A stretch of 64,000 bases of DNA. Source: Vicugna vicugna. Its lineage: Eukaryota. Position 1 is the stretch's first letter; each line of letters opens with the position of its first letter. Below are positions 26,195 to 38,575 of this stretch, piece by piece. The DNA is taken from NCBI GenBank assembly GCA_013265495.1, contig MU058463.1, positions 1,821,523 through 1,885,522 on the forward strand, read 5' to 3'. The translations under genes were made by a program, and so were the position numbers. The notes under the pieces are model-generated. The model did no database searches, was not told the origin of the DNA, and worked only from the letters and a program-made list of their open reading frames with translations.

Positions 26195-26652
26195 TAGAGT
26201 CTATGGCCTCTCCCCGGAATCTGGACTGGTTTGTGGCTCCTATAACCAACGAAGAGTGGTGGGAACCTCATTGTGGTAGGTTCCAACTACAGGCCGTATG
26301 AAACTAGCAGTTTTCACTTCCTGTCTCTAGGGGAACCTGCCAAGTTAAAGGTATCACTATGCTGAGACCACCATTCTGTGAGAGTGCTCCAGCTAGCCAC
26401 TTGTCAGGGCCATGTGCCAGGGCCATGTGGATGGGAGACGCCTCAAGGACCTAGCTGTTCCAGCCCAGGAGCCAGACCTCGCGGTAAGACGTCTTCAGAT
26501 GAATCGAGTCCCAACTACCATCATAATGCAATTGTACGAGGTCCTCTAGGTGAGTGCGTCAGTCTCTATATTCATGAGCAGTAATAACAAGTTGTCGTCT
26601 TAAGCACTTAGTTGTGGGACACTTTGTCACCTAGCAATAGATAACCAGGATA
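26195..26652 (+). mobile_element. MaLR solo LTR (MLT1H/G-like)
   Basis: CTATGCTGAGACCACCATTCTGTGAG, TGTTCCAGCCC...CCAGAC, AAGTTGTCGTCTTAAGCAC and terminal AGCAATAGATAACCAG. Confidence 0.75.
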
Positions 26653-26869
26653 TTGCCTCAGCACATCCCTGGGCCCCTTTCTATTCCAAATTACTTGAGG
26701 TTACCCAAGTAGTCTAAGCTGTTTTTGAACAGCTTTTCTATCTACTCTTCCTTCTCCTTGGAGAGTTCCTGCTCCAAACCTCGAGATTCGGTATAACCAT
26801 CACATTCTTAAAATGTTCCTTTACCACTTGCTTCCAGGTGCAACCCCAGGCTGACTGACTGTATGTATG

Positions 26870-27065
26870 TATGTATTTAACAAACACACGTAGCACTTTG
26901 TTCAAGCATTTAACACATTCCCTTTGTATCCCCATTTTATAGATGAGGAAACTGAGGCACAGAAAAGTTAAGCAGTTTGTCCAAGATCAAACAGCTGGTC
27001 ATTGGAAGAGCCGTGATTCAAACCCAGAGAGTCTGGCTCTAGACTCTGTGCCTGTAACCCCCACA
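26870..27065 (-). mobile_element. MIR SINE
   Basis: CCCATTTTATAGATGAGGAAACTGAGGCACAGAAAAGTTAAG...GATTCAAACCCAG. Confidence 0.9.
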
Positions 27066-27189
27066 GTACACCTCCACCTGGGGCATCTCCCCGACTCCTT
27101 CTGGAACTTCACAGTTCCTGGGAGAACTGAACTGATCACCTAAATCAGGTAGCACTCCTCCCTGCGCCTCTCTCCCCAGGGGGTCAAGG

Positions 27190-27350
27190 TCTACCTACCC
27201 TGCTTTAGTTTCTGTGCAGCATGTATTATAGTGAAAGCAATTTTTTTTTTTGAGCAGAGACAGTGTCCTTGTAATTTACACTGTATCCCCAGAATCTAGA
27301 GCACTGCCTGATGCATAGTAGGGCTTCATACATATTTCCTGAAAGAACGA
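27190..27350 (+). mobile_element. L2 3' fragment
   Basis: CACTGTATCCCCAGAATCTAGAGCACTGCCTGATGCATAGTAGG. Confidence 0.7.
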
Positions 27351-28789
27351 TACATGCACTTTCTGTCTCCCTCATCCTTACTGTGGACTCCGATGGAATC
27401 CACTCAAACTGATCCTTGTCGTTAGCAGTTCGCTTCATGGCCACTCATTACTGTTACAGCAACAATGTAATACGAGTTTAGCCCATGTCAGTAAAACGCA
27501 GCCACTTGCGTTTATGTATTGGTGCCTGAGTATATCTGAGTTCCTAAAAACATCCTGTAACTAACGAAGGACACTGTTTCCTGATAAAACCTAATAACTT
27601 TCCTAGAAAAAAAAAGTTGTTGAGGTCTGTAGGGTCAAAGAAATGTTAGGACTGACACTATAATGCCTGAGGCCAACATTACCTAGAATTATGGTGGTGG
27701 CTGTCTGCAGATACAGAGGTCGTTCAGAGTTGGCTAAGACAAAAGTTGTAGAAAAGTTTAGGAAAATTGAGAATTCTTGGTAAGTAAATTTTTTTTTTGC
27801 TTAAAAAATTAATTACATACTTTCTTTCTCTTCTATCAGCTCATCTTTATTTTTCCCGGTCTTCCTACTTCATTTCTCTCTCATCACTACCTCCTCACAC
27901 CCACACCTCACTCCTCCTAATCTCTACCTCTCCTTCTTTTTCTTTGCTCCCACACTGCACACAATATTTGAAACAGGTCATCACATACCTTTGTTCTCCC
28001 GCTAGTGATCTCTCTTAATTTCATGCCATCTTCTTTATCCTTCCTAACACTGCTCCAGGGGAGGCCCCTGTTCTATCCTACCTAACTCAGCAGTGACCTC
28101 ATACCTCGGTCCCCAATCTCTCCCCATTCTAATCTCACACCCAGCCTGTCACCAAAGCAATGTCTTCACAGCACAGAGCAGACCTCTTCATATTCTAGTA
28201 GTAGGGGTTCAGATTCCCACACAGTGCTTGCTCTGTCAGTAATTGTTTTATGAATAAATGTTTTGTAATCACACCTTGGAATTGTTTAACAAGGCAAATA
28301 ATTTTTTTTTGTCTTGTAGTCACCATTGCTGCACACTCCATAAAGTATGAAGCATTCCGTTTATAAAATATCACATAGTTGAAGAAGGAATTACCTGACC
28401 TATTTATATGAAAGTTTAACTGTATCTATTGGATTGAAAATCTGCTTCAGACTAATGTCTTCCAGTTTATAAAGGGGATTTCTTATCAGAAGGGTTTGAG
28501 TGCTGTTTGTTTTGCTTTTCCTGGTCCATAGTATCACCTCAGCTCCCAGTTTTTAGCTTCATAATCATCTTTCCTCAGGGGAAACATATCATGTGAACTT
28601 GGTAAATGCCCTACAATTTTATGTGCATGGAAGACGCCATCTCTATGAGTTCTTAGCGTCAATCCAGGTAAGTCCACGTGTCTGTAGCAACTGACTTGGG
28701 AACCAATAAATAATTTGCTGTAACCTCCTCTATGATTAATACAGATTATTTCTCAGCTAAAAAAATTAACAACAACAACAACAAAAAAA

Positions 28790-29340
28790 CCCCAAAAACT
28801 TTAGACTTAACAGGAAAGTTGCAAACAATAGTACAAGTGTTCCCTGATACCCTCACTTCATCTCCCCTCGTGTCAAGATCTTACATAGTCTTGGTATAAT
28901 TGTCAAGAACAGGATGCTAACACCAGTATGATATTGCTAAATAGGCAACAGTTCTTGTTAGAACGTCACCAGTTTTCTCCGATGATCTCTTTTGTGTTCA
29001 GGATCCAATTCAAAATCCCCCATTGCATGTAGTTGCTCTTTCTCTTTAGTCTTGTTCTGTCTGCAGTGGTTTCTTGGTCTTTGTCTTTTATGACCATCAC
29101 ACTCGAAAAATAATGATCATTTATTTTACAGATTGTTCCTCAACTTGGGTTGGTCTGATGAGTTCTCATGGTTGGACAGAGGTTATGCATTGGGGAAAGA
29201 GTATGAAAACATTAGGTTGCACCATTCTTAGCACGTCACGTTAAGGTGGTCACGATATCGCTCTACTACGGTGTTACTTTGAGCGCTTGGTAAAGTTGGT
29301 GTCTGCCTGGTTTCTTCACTGCATAGTCATTATCTTTCCC
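28790..29340 (-). mobile_element. LINE-1 3' UTR fragment (L1MC-like), antisense
   Basis: TTTAGACTTAACAGGAAAGTTGCAAA, GTTCAGGATCCAATTCAAAATCCCCCATTGCATGTAGTTG and TCCTCAACTTGGGTTGGTCTGATG. Confidence 0.8.
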
Positions 29341-29364
29341 AGTTTTTCATCCACCTGAAAGCCA

Positions 29365-29520
29365 GAGAGGTTTGGTTAAAAGGGCACGGTTTTGAGGTTA
29401 TGCAGAGCTGCGTGCAAATCCCAGCTCTGTCACCTCCCATGCTGAGAAACAACACTTGGTGACTTTCACTCTGGGTCTCAGCTTCTTCAGTTGTGAAATG
29501 GGGTTTCTACAAACACCTCC
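29365..29520 (+). mobile_element. MIR fragment
   Basis: CAAATCCCAGCTCTGTCAC...TCTCAGCTTCTTCAGTTGTGAAATGGGG. Confidence 0.7.
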
Positions 29521-32169
29521 TCATTAAGAAAGTGGAAGTCTGAGTTCACAATCTGAGATGTAGAAAACAATCCCAGTTCCTTTTTCTCCTTTACATGTCC
29601 TTAAACCTGCAGAGCTCCCAGGCTAGGAGAAGGCCACATGGGTCACTTGTCTACATCGGTTACCTTGGAGTTACCTGCTCTCCCAGCTCTGGGGTTCCTT
29701 CAGGCTTGGTGGCCCTGCAGCATTGGTTTCTGCTTGCGTCCTAGCCATCTTGGTGTGGCAGGGAGCTTCGATCCTGGGAGAAGTTATTCACTCTGAGGGT
29801 TTTCACTTCTCTGGGACCTTGTGTGGAGGTGGTCTGAGGATTCCCGCTGCTCTGGGAATCTACCAGTATCTCCAGGGAACAATCTCTCCCTCTTTTTTTC
29901 TCCCCCATCAAACGAATATGTGTGTCTCTCTCTTCACATTTCCAGACAGCTGAAATAATCAGTGAGGTTGGATTTTTACCAAGGTTTCTAGCTTCTGTGA
30001 TGCTAGTATCCCAGAGGTTAAGAATTCAACGAGCCTTGCTATCTTGGAGAGTATGTTGAAAAAATCCTAATCAATAGCTCAAAAAATGATTTTGACACAA
30101 TATCCTATGATGAGGTTGTGTGAGTATTTTGGTTGAGACTAGACCCCCTACCCCTGACAAACGCTGGAAGATGCACACAGAACTGGAGACGGTCGCTAGA
30201 ACTTTAAAGGTGAAATGATGTTTCTCTCTAGTTTTGTTTTTTATAGAGTTGGATTCTTATATTAACTTCTAGGAGTAAATTACTTCTTTATTTTAGAAAA
30301 AAAATTTGCATGGGCCTTTAGGTTATGCAAATCTAAACATAACTTTATTCTGGAATGGACAGATTGAAGACAATGTGGTTCCAAAAGTCAGATGACTGCT
30401 TCATATGAAAAGTTGTCTTCCAGGTGGATGAAGCTGAATCTTAGGAAATCATTTATTTCAGGAAAATGTAGTTTTCTCCTGAATATGCATTTACAATGCA
30501 CTTACTTGTTAGAATGTATTACTTGTTCTTGAGAGCTTTGCACTCTGTTCTCATCTAGGTCCTCATGTAGAGAAGATGAGTAGAATGAGAGCAGAGTCTC
30601 AGATGACTGCAGAGGGACAGAGGGACACAGACACGTGATCTTCCCACCTACCCACTGGGGTGGGCAGCTAATCTGGACTGCACTGTTGAACTTGAACTTG
30701 AGTATGCTCAAAAGGTACACCTGAAGATAATTGTGTTTTAGTGAGTTCAAAGGTAAGATGATACCGCCAAGGATGCTTTTCTTTTGAAAGGATTGGTCAG
30801 TTTCACTGTGAAACACTCCAGAGGATACCTGTCCTGAGAGAAGATGGTGACTTGGTAGGTGTAGAGGGAGAAGTGCCCCTTCCTTCCTCCAGGTTTGAGG
30901 ACTAGACAGCCCTTAATAGAGGACTTGGAATGAAGTAAGGGAGACATGCTCAAGGCACTACCATTACCAGAGGTGATGGGATAAATCCATCCCCACACCG
31001 TGGAGCCAGGACCACGTCTGCACAGAGGTGTCTGACAAGTGGCTCTGATGGACAGACATGGCCGGTGGACTCTGAGAAAAGCCATATTTGATAACCAAAA
31101 TGAAGACCCTTTCATTATCCTTAAGACTTTAATCAGTGATGGCAGGTCTCAGCTGTCATTCGGGGAGTCTGAGCACAAGGTCTGTGCGCCAGGTTGAGAG
31201 GATCTGCTGTAGGGGAAAGCAGCAAGGGCTGATGGAAGCCATGCTCAGAAGGGTGGGGGAGTGTCCTGAGGCTACAGTGGGAAAGACACCTGACTGAGAG
31301 GTGGTCGACAATGAGGGTGACACAGGGAACATGCAGGCCTCCCCAAGCCAGGAACACCTGGGAACTGGGAAAAAGGAAACCTGGTAAAAGGCTGAACTTC
31401 CTAGACTCCTGTGTGATAAAGCTCACCGCTGTGATACGAATGTTAGGGCATGACCCCACAGACAAGTGAAATGGGACATACTTATGTGACATTTACAAGA
31501 ATCAAATTAAAAGTTACCTAAGAATAAACACAGGTTTTAGATTAAATATTAGTTTCTCTTTCCTGACTTCCTCATAGGCGAGAAAATCTTGGAGAAAGAA
31601 GGAAAAGGCTTGAAATTTTCACAATAGAGTAGTAGGTTGATGAGCGGATATTAAATTTGCATTTCACAGGTTAAGGGCAACTTGGGAATGGTCATGGAAT
31701 GTGGTGAGATGATTGTTTCAGGCCACTGTAAACTGGAGAGTAACAGCTGCGAGCATGGATGATGCCTGAAATTATCTCAGAGTACGCTCATGCTTTAAAG
31801 GCTAAACGGTCAAATAAAAATGAGCAGTGCAGTGTCAGGGTGAGAAAAGGCATGCGAAAGACTTCCACTTTAATTCTGCCCTTTGCCAAAAATAAATTAA
31901 CCTCGAGCACATTTGCAGTTACAGAGAGACGTCTGCAGGTATTCATAAAGCAAATAACAGAGTGGAGACCAGATGCTGCCTGGTAATTTCTGAGTGGGTA
32001 GGAAGAGCAGGTGGCTTACGGCACATCTTCCAACTTAAGGCTTCCTAATTGTGCCTCTGCCTTTTGGATCTTTCTTTTAAATTATGATGTGAAGATAACA
32101 TCTTTGATAAGCTGAAGCCAAGCTTTTTTTATCCGATTAATAATAACTGCTCATTTTTTATTGAATTCT

Positions 32170-32352
32170 TCCTCTGGAACAAGGACTTCCAAGCATTGCC
32201 CATGAATGCCCTCATTTAATCCCCCAGAGTCTATTAGGGTCCCCATTTTACAGTAAGAAGAATGGTGCACAGATATTAAATCAGTTCTCAAAGTCACACC
32301 ACTCGTGGGTATCAGAGCCATCTTTGGAACACAGGCCTTCTGACTATAAGAT
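32170..32352 (-). mobile_element. MIR SINE
   Basis: CTCATTTAATCC...CCCCATTTTACAGTAAGAAGAA...AAGTCACAC. Confidence 0.75.
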
Positions 32353-32524
32353 AACACAGTTCATCTTCCTCTGCTCCTTCTTCTCCTCCCCTACTCTCTT
32401 CTCTTCTCACCCAATTCAAGACACATTTCTGGCTCTAAGTCAAGGCCAAACTGACATCGTTTCAGTAAGAAGTATTATGGTCCTTTCAGGATCCCCTATG
32501 AGGTGCCTAACCTGATTGACAATC

Positions 32525-32750
32525 CATTAATTCATTCAAAAAGAAACATTTAACAGGGATTTTCCATGATGGCGATGCAGGGTTAGGCACTGGCAACCAG
32601 GGACTAGAGCCCAGCTCCGCCCTAGGAAACTCACAGCCAGGAAAGGAGATGATAACTAAGTAAATAACAGCCACGCAGGACTGCAGGTGCAACAGCAGGG
32701 CTGAGCGCAAGGCACGGAGTGGATTAACTCTGCCTTTACAAGGGCCTAAG
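32525..32750 (-). mobile_element. L2 3' fragment
   Basis: Reverse L2 tail TTCATTCAA...ACATTT, then GTTAGGCACTGG and GCCCTAGGAAACTCACAGCCAG. Confidence 0.6.
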
Positions 32751-33423
32751 CAGAAGGAACAAAGCCGAACTAATTTATAACATACAATGCGTTCGCAGGT
32801 AAAACAATTTCTGAACAAAATCCATACTGCTTTTTACCCATCACACTCACATCCTCGCCTTTGGCAACTATGGGGAGTATTCAGAAAACATAAAATATCC
32901 AACACTATACAGACTTTGGGATTATGAATCCCCCTCCTCCCTCCCAAGAAAAATCCCTACAACCTCTGCGCCTATGGCCGTGGTGTCTTCCTTTATGACC
33001 CGATGTCACGACTCCTCCAGAAGTTCTGCATCTATGTGAGCCGCCCTGAGTGATCAGGATTATTTGAAAGAGATCCTCCTCGTTAGAACAGGGCCCCCAC
33101 TCTGAGGCTCAATCGGCAGGAAATTGATCTCTTGTGTCTGTCACAGAGGCATGAAGCTCTCTCTGCCTGGCACCGCGTCGTGTTACGGGTGCAGGTGCAT
33201 CGCCGAGTTGACGTGCTGATGGCCGGGGGTGAGGAAACCCTGTTCCCTTTCACAGCTGAAGACAGAAACGTTGCCAAGACAAGGAGGACCACGGGCATGG
33301 CTCACATTCCTCAGCGTGGAAAACAATCCAAGCCAGGGGAATGGGAGAAAAATCAAATCTCTATGAAGAGATGTCAGCAGTAAATTTAACACAGGTGCAA
33401 TAGTCTCCAAACAAAGGACATTT

Positions 33424-33773
33424 TGTTTCTGCCTTCTGTGGTTCCATGAAAACTGGCCCCTGCCTCCTCCCCGCTGCGGGTTTTTCTTTTTATCAGTGTA
33501 AGGTAGATTAAAATGTTGATACCCTTCCTTGGCAAAAGTATTTTTAATGTTCTTAGTACAACTGTTGTTAACTTCCTTCAGAGCTTAGCTTCTGGGCGTA
33601 ACAGAGCTTTCTCTACCCTAAGGTTCAATTAGTTTGTTAAGCATTGTACTTTCCTGATTGCTTCCGTGTATTATTGTGACATGGGTTTTCCCACTTGTTT
33701 GTTCTTGCATCTATAATAAAGAAAATAAAAATTTACAAAAGAAAAATAAAAAAAAAATTTAAAAAATTAAAAA
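33424..33773 (+). pseudogene. Candidate 5'-truncated retrocopy (mRNA 3' UTR end plus poly(A))
   Basis: About 290 bp of T-rich UTR-like sequence ends in AATAAA (33715-33720), followed by a ~50 bp decayed A tail. GACATTT flanks it at 33417-33423 and 33777-33783. Parent gene not recognised. Confidence 0.55.
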
Positions 33774-34279
33774 CGAGACATTTACTTTGGCTGAAGTAGA
33801 AAATTTAAAACTTAAAAAATTATGCAAATCCCTATGAGATAAAGGATCTTTTACAAGGCATCCATAAAAGTGCAAGTTATTCTCCCTCCTTTATTTAGGC
33901 TGTTATAAGCAGAGTGATTGCAGAGCAATCAAGAGATATGACTTTCTTATTGGTTTTACTTGATATTTGCATAGAGATTTGCTAGACTCTATTCTGATAA
34001 TAGTTTACCAGAGAAGAATTTTCTATGCCACTCATGGAGCTTAATTTCAGGCCTTCCCCAACTTTGGGAGAGGCCTTAGCAAGCCATCAGGGGCATTTTA
34101 GGTTTTCTCCTGTAGTGACTCATTTAACTGGGGGGGTCATAGGAGCTATAGCATGGATGTCATAATGTTATTCCTCTGGCCAGACTGGCACAGTAGGCTA
34201 TAGGAGTTGTCCTTTACCGGGACAGCTGGCAATAACTGAATTACATGTGGACGTGACTACGAGCGAAGCACTATATTCA

Positions 34280-34835
34280 TAAGGTTTCTAACATTTGCGA
34301 AAGTAAGACATTTCAATTCCAATCGGCTGCCCTTTCTCACGCTAACGTCCCCTGTCAAGCTCACAGCCCCTTCCCTCCCCTCCCATGTGGGAGTAACATT
34401 CTGGGGGTTGGACCAGTTGGGGATATGGTGTTATGGCTTCGAGTCACTTCTGTGTACAGTTAAGTCACTGCTGGCTGTCCTGGTGGAGACCCTCTACTGC
34501 CTACTCCGTAGCCAGCTCACCCAGAGTAATATAGCAACATCCACGGCCTATCACTTAAGGGGTGTCTCCAGCTAAATGCCCCACTACACAAACAAACTTG
34601 AAATGCCCTCTAATTCTATAGCTGGTGTGTCACAGAAATTTGATAGTTTCCAAACTTGATACAAACCTAAACGTTGAAAAGATATTATCAACACCAGATT
34701 GTGCAACTGAAGGAAAACTTTTCTAAAGCAAAAATAATGATCATAATGAATATATTTTAATCAACATTGCAGGAGGAAAAGACTGAATCATCTCCTTGGT
34801 GTTTCTATAGAAAATATTACAAAATGACTGTAACA
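34280..34835 (+). mobile_element. hAT-Tip100 DNA transposon remnant (Zaphod-like)
   Basis: ATTTGCGAAAGTAAGACATTT and AGTCACTTCTGTGTACAGTTAAGT resemble the Zaphod 5' region. 34700-34825 encodes a frameshifted hAT dimerisation-domain relic (NFSK...STLQEE-RLNHL...SIENIT). Confidence 0.72.
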
Positions 34836-35964
34836 AAACATTTCGTTCAACCATCACCATATGGGGTAGTGACCACATAAAACCAAGGCTGCTGTGTTAG
34901 GGGAAATAGTGGGAACAATTAAGAATGTTCAGAGCTGCTCTTTCTTCTTTCCTCTTTGAGCCAAGTCTTCCAAGAGATAAATGAGCTCAGACTACAATTA
35001 GACCGTCTGCAAGCAGAGATGGATGAACAAATTAACTTGGCTGAGAGACACACTTCCTGCCAATGACCTGGAAACCAAGTTGAGTGAAACACTCATGGTT
35101 TGAGCCTTAGAAGATGGAACAAGCTGAACTCTTCTCTGTCTCAAACAGGGGGCAGCTTAGAAGAGGTAGTTTTAGATTGGTACCTTGGGACTTTCCCACA
35201 TCCCTTCTATAAAAGTTCTCTGCCAAGTACAGGGAGCAATTATTAGAAAAAAAAATTGTTACTCTAAATGTTTGTATCTCCAGCCAAGGTTGTTTCTAAT
35301 TGCTTCAAGGGACTGGTCAGGAAGAGTTAAGGGAAATAGTTAGGTCACAGAAGCTAGGAGATAAAAGGCTTAATGAATAAAACTATGTTCACATAAGATC
35401 CCTGGCTACTGTTACTCAAAGAATTGACTGAAGTAAACAGACTGAAAGCTACTAAGTTTTGAGGGACCTCTCTTATCTAAACAGACATCCCAGGACAGGA
35501 CAACATCTGCCGGTGACTATTCAACCCCCAAAGGCATCCTTGGACTCTGAACTGCACTAATAGCACGTGCAACCCTGAAGGTGTGCCCCTACCCCAGTGC
35601 TCAGAGTTGCACTGAAGGATCACAGACCAGAGAGGTCTTCCGAAGCACCCAGACTGGGGCTACCAGCTGAGCCAAACTAGAGCTGCCGTTCTCATCACCA
35701 GGATCCTGAGTTGTTGGCTTCACTTTTCTCCATGTGAATTTTGCAAATGTGAATTTTTACTGGAGCTAATGTTCCAACTCCAATTTACATACTGGAGGTT
35801 TTGCAAGTGGATAACTGGATTACTGGTTGGTGAGGCGCTACATCTGGTGAAAGCTACACAGTCCCAGAAATTCTTTATTTGACCTGGAAGAGGGTCATAT
35901 CGAGGATCGAATCTCCTCTCAGGAGAGCAGCATTCCTATGTTTGACTCTTTCCCAGTGGGAGCC

Positions 35965-36142
35965 AATACTGGGATTCTAAGTGAGATAAAATTCTTTGTT
36001 ATTTAGGAGCACTTTACGTGTTACGGGACAATTAACTACACTCCTAGACACCAAATGCTACTTGCACATGCTCCCCTTCCCCAGTCATCTTGACAATAAA
36101 ATTGTCTCCACACATGTTGCAATATTCCCTGAGGGGTGGGAT
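35965..36142. mobile_element. hAT-Charlie MITE fragment (MER20/MER3-related)
   Basis: CCCCAGTCATCTTGACAATAAAATTGTCTCCACACATGTTGCAATATTCCCTGAGGG. Confidence 0.55.
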
Positions 36143-36194
36143 AATACAATAAATGTGTATATGAATGTCAGTTAGACATAGAGGTAGAGTCTGG

Positions 36195-36652
36195 CAGTTA
36201 TTACTAGTTGCTCACCAAATGTGTATTTTCATCTTCTTTTTCACCATAGGAACCACTGTGTCAAGATAAAATGCTTATCCTTCCATATTGCCCTGTACTT
36301 AGCTGAAGTCCCAAGGAGGTATACAGAAATCACTAGACTGGGCTTCCAGGAAAAAAAAAAAAATTAAAAGTAAGACAGACTGTGCTGGCATAAGGCTTTT
36401 GTCTGTTCCCTTTCCCTTGCTCCTTCTTGGAACATAGACAGGGTGTGTGGAGTTAACAGAACTGTCCAGTATCCATGAGGTTTGGTGGAAAAGAGAAAAG
36501 GAAAGCCTGGGGCCCATGTGGTGCCCTTGGCTACCGTATCAGCCCGGCCTTCTCCTCCCCAGACTTCTACTTGAGCAATATAAGCCACTTAATTATTTAA
36601 ACCTCTGTTGGAGTTTCTGTGACTTGCAGTCAAACTCAGTTCTAACTGATAC
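36195..36652 (+). mobile_element. MaLR solo LTR (MLT1J/K-like)
   Basis: TATAAGCCACT...TTTCTGTGACTTGCAGTCAAACTCAGTTCTAACTGATACA terminus. Confidence 0.7.
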
Positions 36653-38162
36653 AAACTAAAAGCCACTCTTTCTGCCCTAGTCTCAATAAAGATTTCATGG
36701 GTTAAGGAGGCATAAAAAGGAGTGGAAGAAAAGAGCAATAAAGTCAGTTACAACTGTGTACTTTTGACAAAGGAATTGAACTCTGTCCCCGCAACAGGCT
36801 GACTCCCGGGGGGGACCTCCACAAACCCAGGATGAACCTGGGGATCCAAGGGAGAGTGAAGCTCTTGCTGGATTTCTCTTCTATCCCAAAGACTCAGACT
36901 GTTTTGTCAAGTATCGTATGTCTAATTGATAGGAATGCTCAAGGTGAATATTATAGGGGGAGAAGAGAGGACTGTTACTGTTCTGAAGTTTTACTCCGTT
37001 CAAGGTAAAAATACACCCTGTGACACGACAGAGGGCTTCTCTCATTGCAGCAGGTGTAGTATACATTTGTTCAAACGAACTGCCTGAGACCCACCAGATG
37101 TGAGTAGTTCATTGCAGGCACAGGGACTGCTGAAGCACTAAATCCCAAGGAACACATGTAAGAATGAAATAAATCTCCCCCTTTTTGATGAAGAACATAT
37201 ATATAGTGTAAAGAGGTACTGCACGGGAAAGTGAGGTCAATCAGTAGTGTCACACGCCTGTCGTGTCTCACTTTGAAAATGTCCCTTAAGAGTTAATTGA
37301 AGCTGGAACCACATACTGAAAACCCCGACTGCAGCAGCTGCACTTGGAGCCCCTTCTGCAGAGAGGAAAGAAAATAAGTTTTAATTAAATTGTATTAATT
37401 GGTTTAGCTGATCTGGAAATAGAGTAAGGGCTCTGCTCTCATTTTGTTTGTTGGCTCAAGTCCACTTATCCTTGACATGAGAATAAAGGAATGAAGCAAT
37501 AAAATGCCTAGAAATGCCCTGGTAGAGACTTTTAAACTGCCCAAGGTTAAAGAGTGATGCTATCTCAGAGATGAACTTAAAATTCTGCTGCCAACTCGGA
37601 GAAGTCAGAAGTGCAAGCAAGAAAAGAGTGTGATTAAAAACCCTGCTTCCTTAAAGCTCTGCAAAGCTGCAAAGAAAAGGCAGGCATTCTTCCCATAATA
37701 GTGAGCACTTGTTATAAAGAAAAGAAGAAGGTTGTGAAAGCGTCAGGGTATAATGACCTTATTTCAGGCCACTGGGCGTAAATGTTCGTATATAAGGTAA
37801 CTGGGATTTCTAAGTGAGTGTAGCTTCACAGTTTGATGCTGCTCTGTGCAAAATGCATTTTATTAACACTTACAATCATATTTGAATCCCTGATCCATGC
37901 CTGTGTTGCAGCATTTTTTTAACAGTATTATTTTTTAAAGATATTATTTTAAAGACTTAATGCTAACACAACCTACATTATATTTTGCTTCTAGGTTCCT
38001 ACAAATTAGAGTTTGAATATAATCACAATTGCCAGAAATCATCCTTTAAATGGCAAAATTCTTTGACACAGAAGATACTCTACCAAGAATAGTTTGAACT
38101 TTGCTGTCTAGAAAACATGTACTTGAAAGCTGGTGTGGAAAATATACAGATGGGACTAAGTC

Positions 38163-38575
38163 TGCTATCAACTGATTGCGTCCTCCCAGAATTCATGTGA
38201 GGAAGCCTTAATCCCCAATATGATGGTGTGTGGAGGTGGGGACTTTGGGCAGTGATTAGAATTAGACGAGATCGAGAGGGTGGGTCCCAGGTAATGGGGT
38301 TAGTGCCTTTATAAGAAGAGACACCAGAGAGCTTGCCTCCTCCCCCAACCTTTTCTCTCCCTCTCTCTCTCTCTCTCTCTTTCTCATACTCTTTCTCTGC
38401 ACCACGTGAGGACACAGGGAGAAGGTGGCCAGGAAGAGAGCTCTTAACAGAAACCAACTATACGAGCACTCTGATCTAAAACGTCCAGCCTCCAAAACTG
38501 TGATAAAGTAAATATCTCTTGTTGAAACTACCCATTCTATAGTGTTTTCTTCTGGCGCCTAAGCTGACTACTGCA
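38163..38575 (+). mobile_element. MaLR solo LTR (MLT1A-like) with 5-bp TSD
   Basis: TG...CA ends with perfect TSD AAGTC (38158-38162 and 38576-38580). Motifs GTGCCTTTATAAGAAGAGACACCAGAGAGC and CCAGCCTCCAAAACTGTGA. Internal (CT)n. Confidence 0.92.

Noticed and set aside
38080..38495. Overlapping ORFs with ERERER runs
   Set aside because: Antisense translation of the MLT1A LTR and its (CT)n microsatellite.
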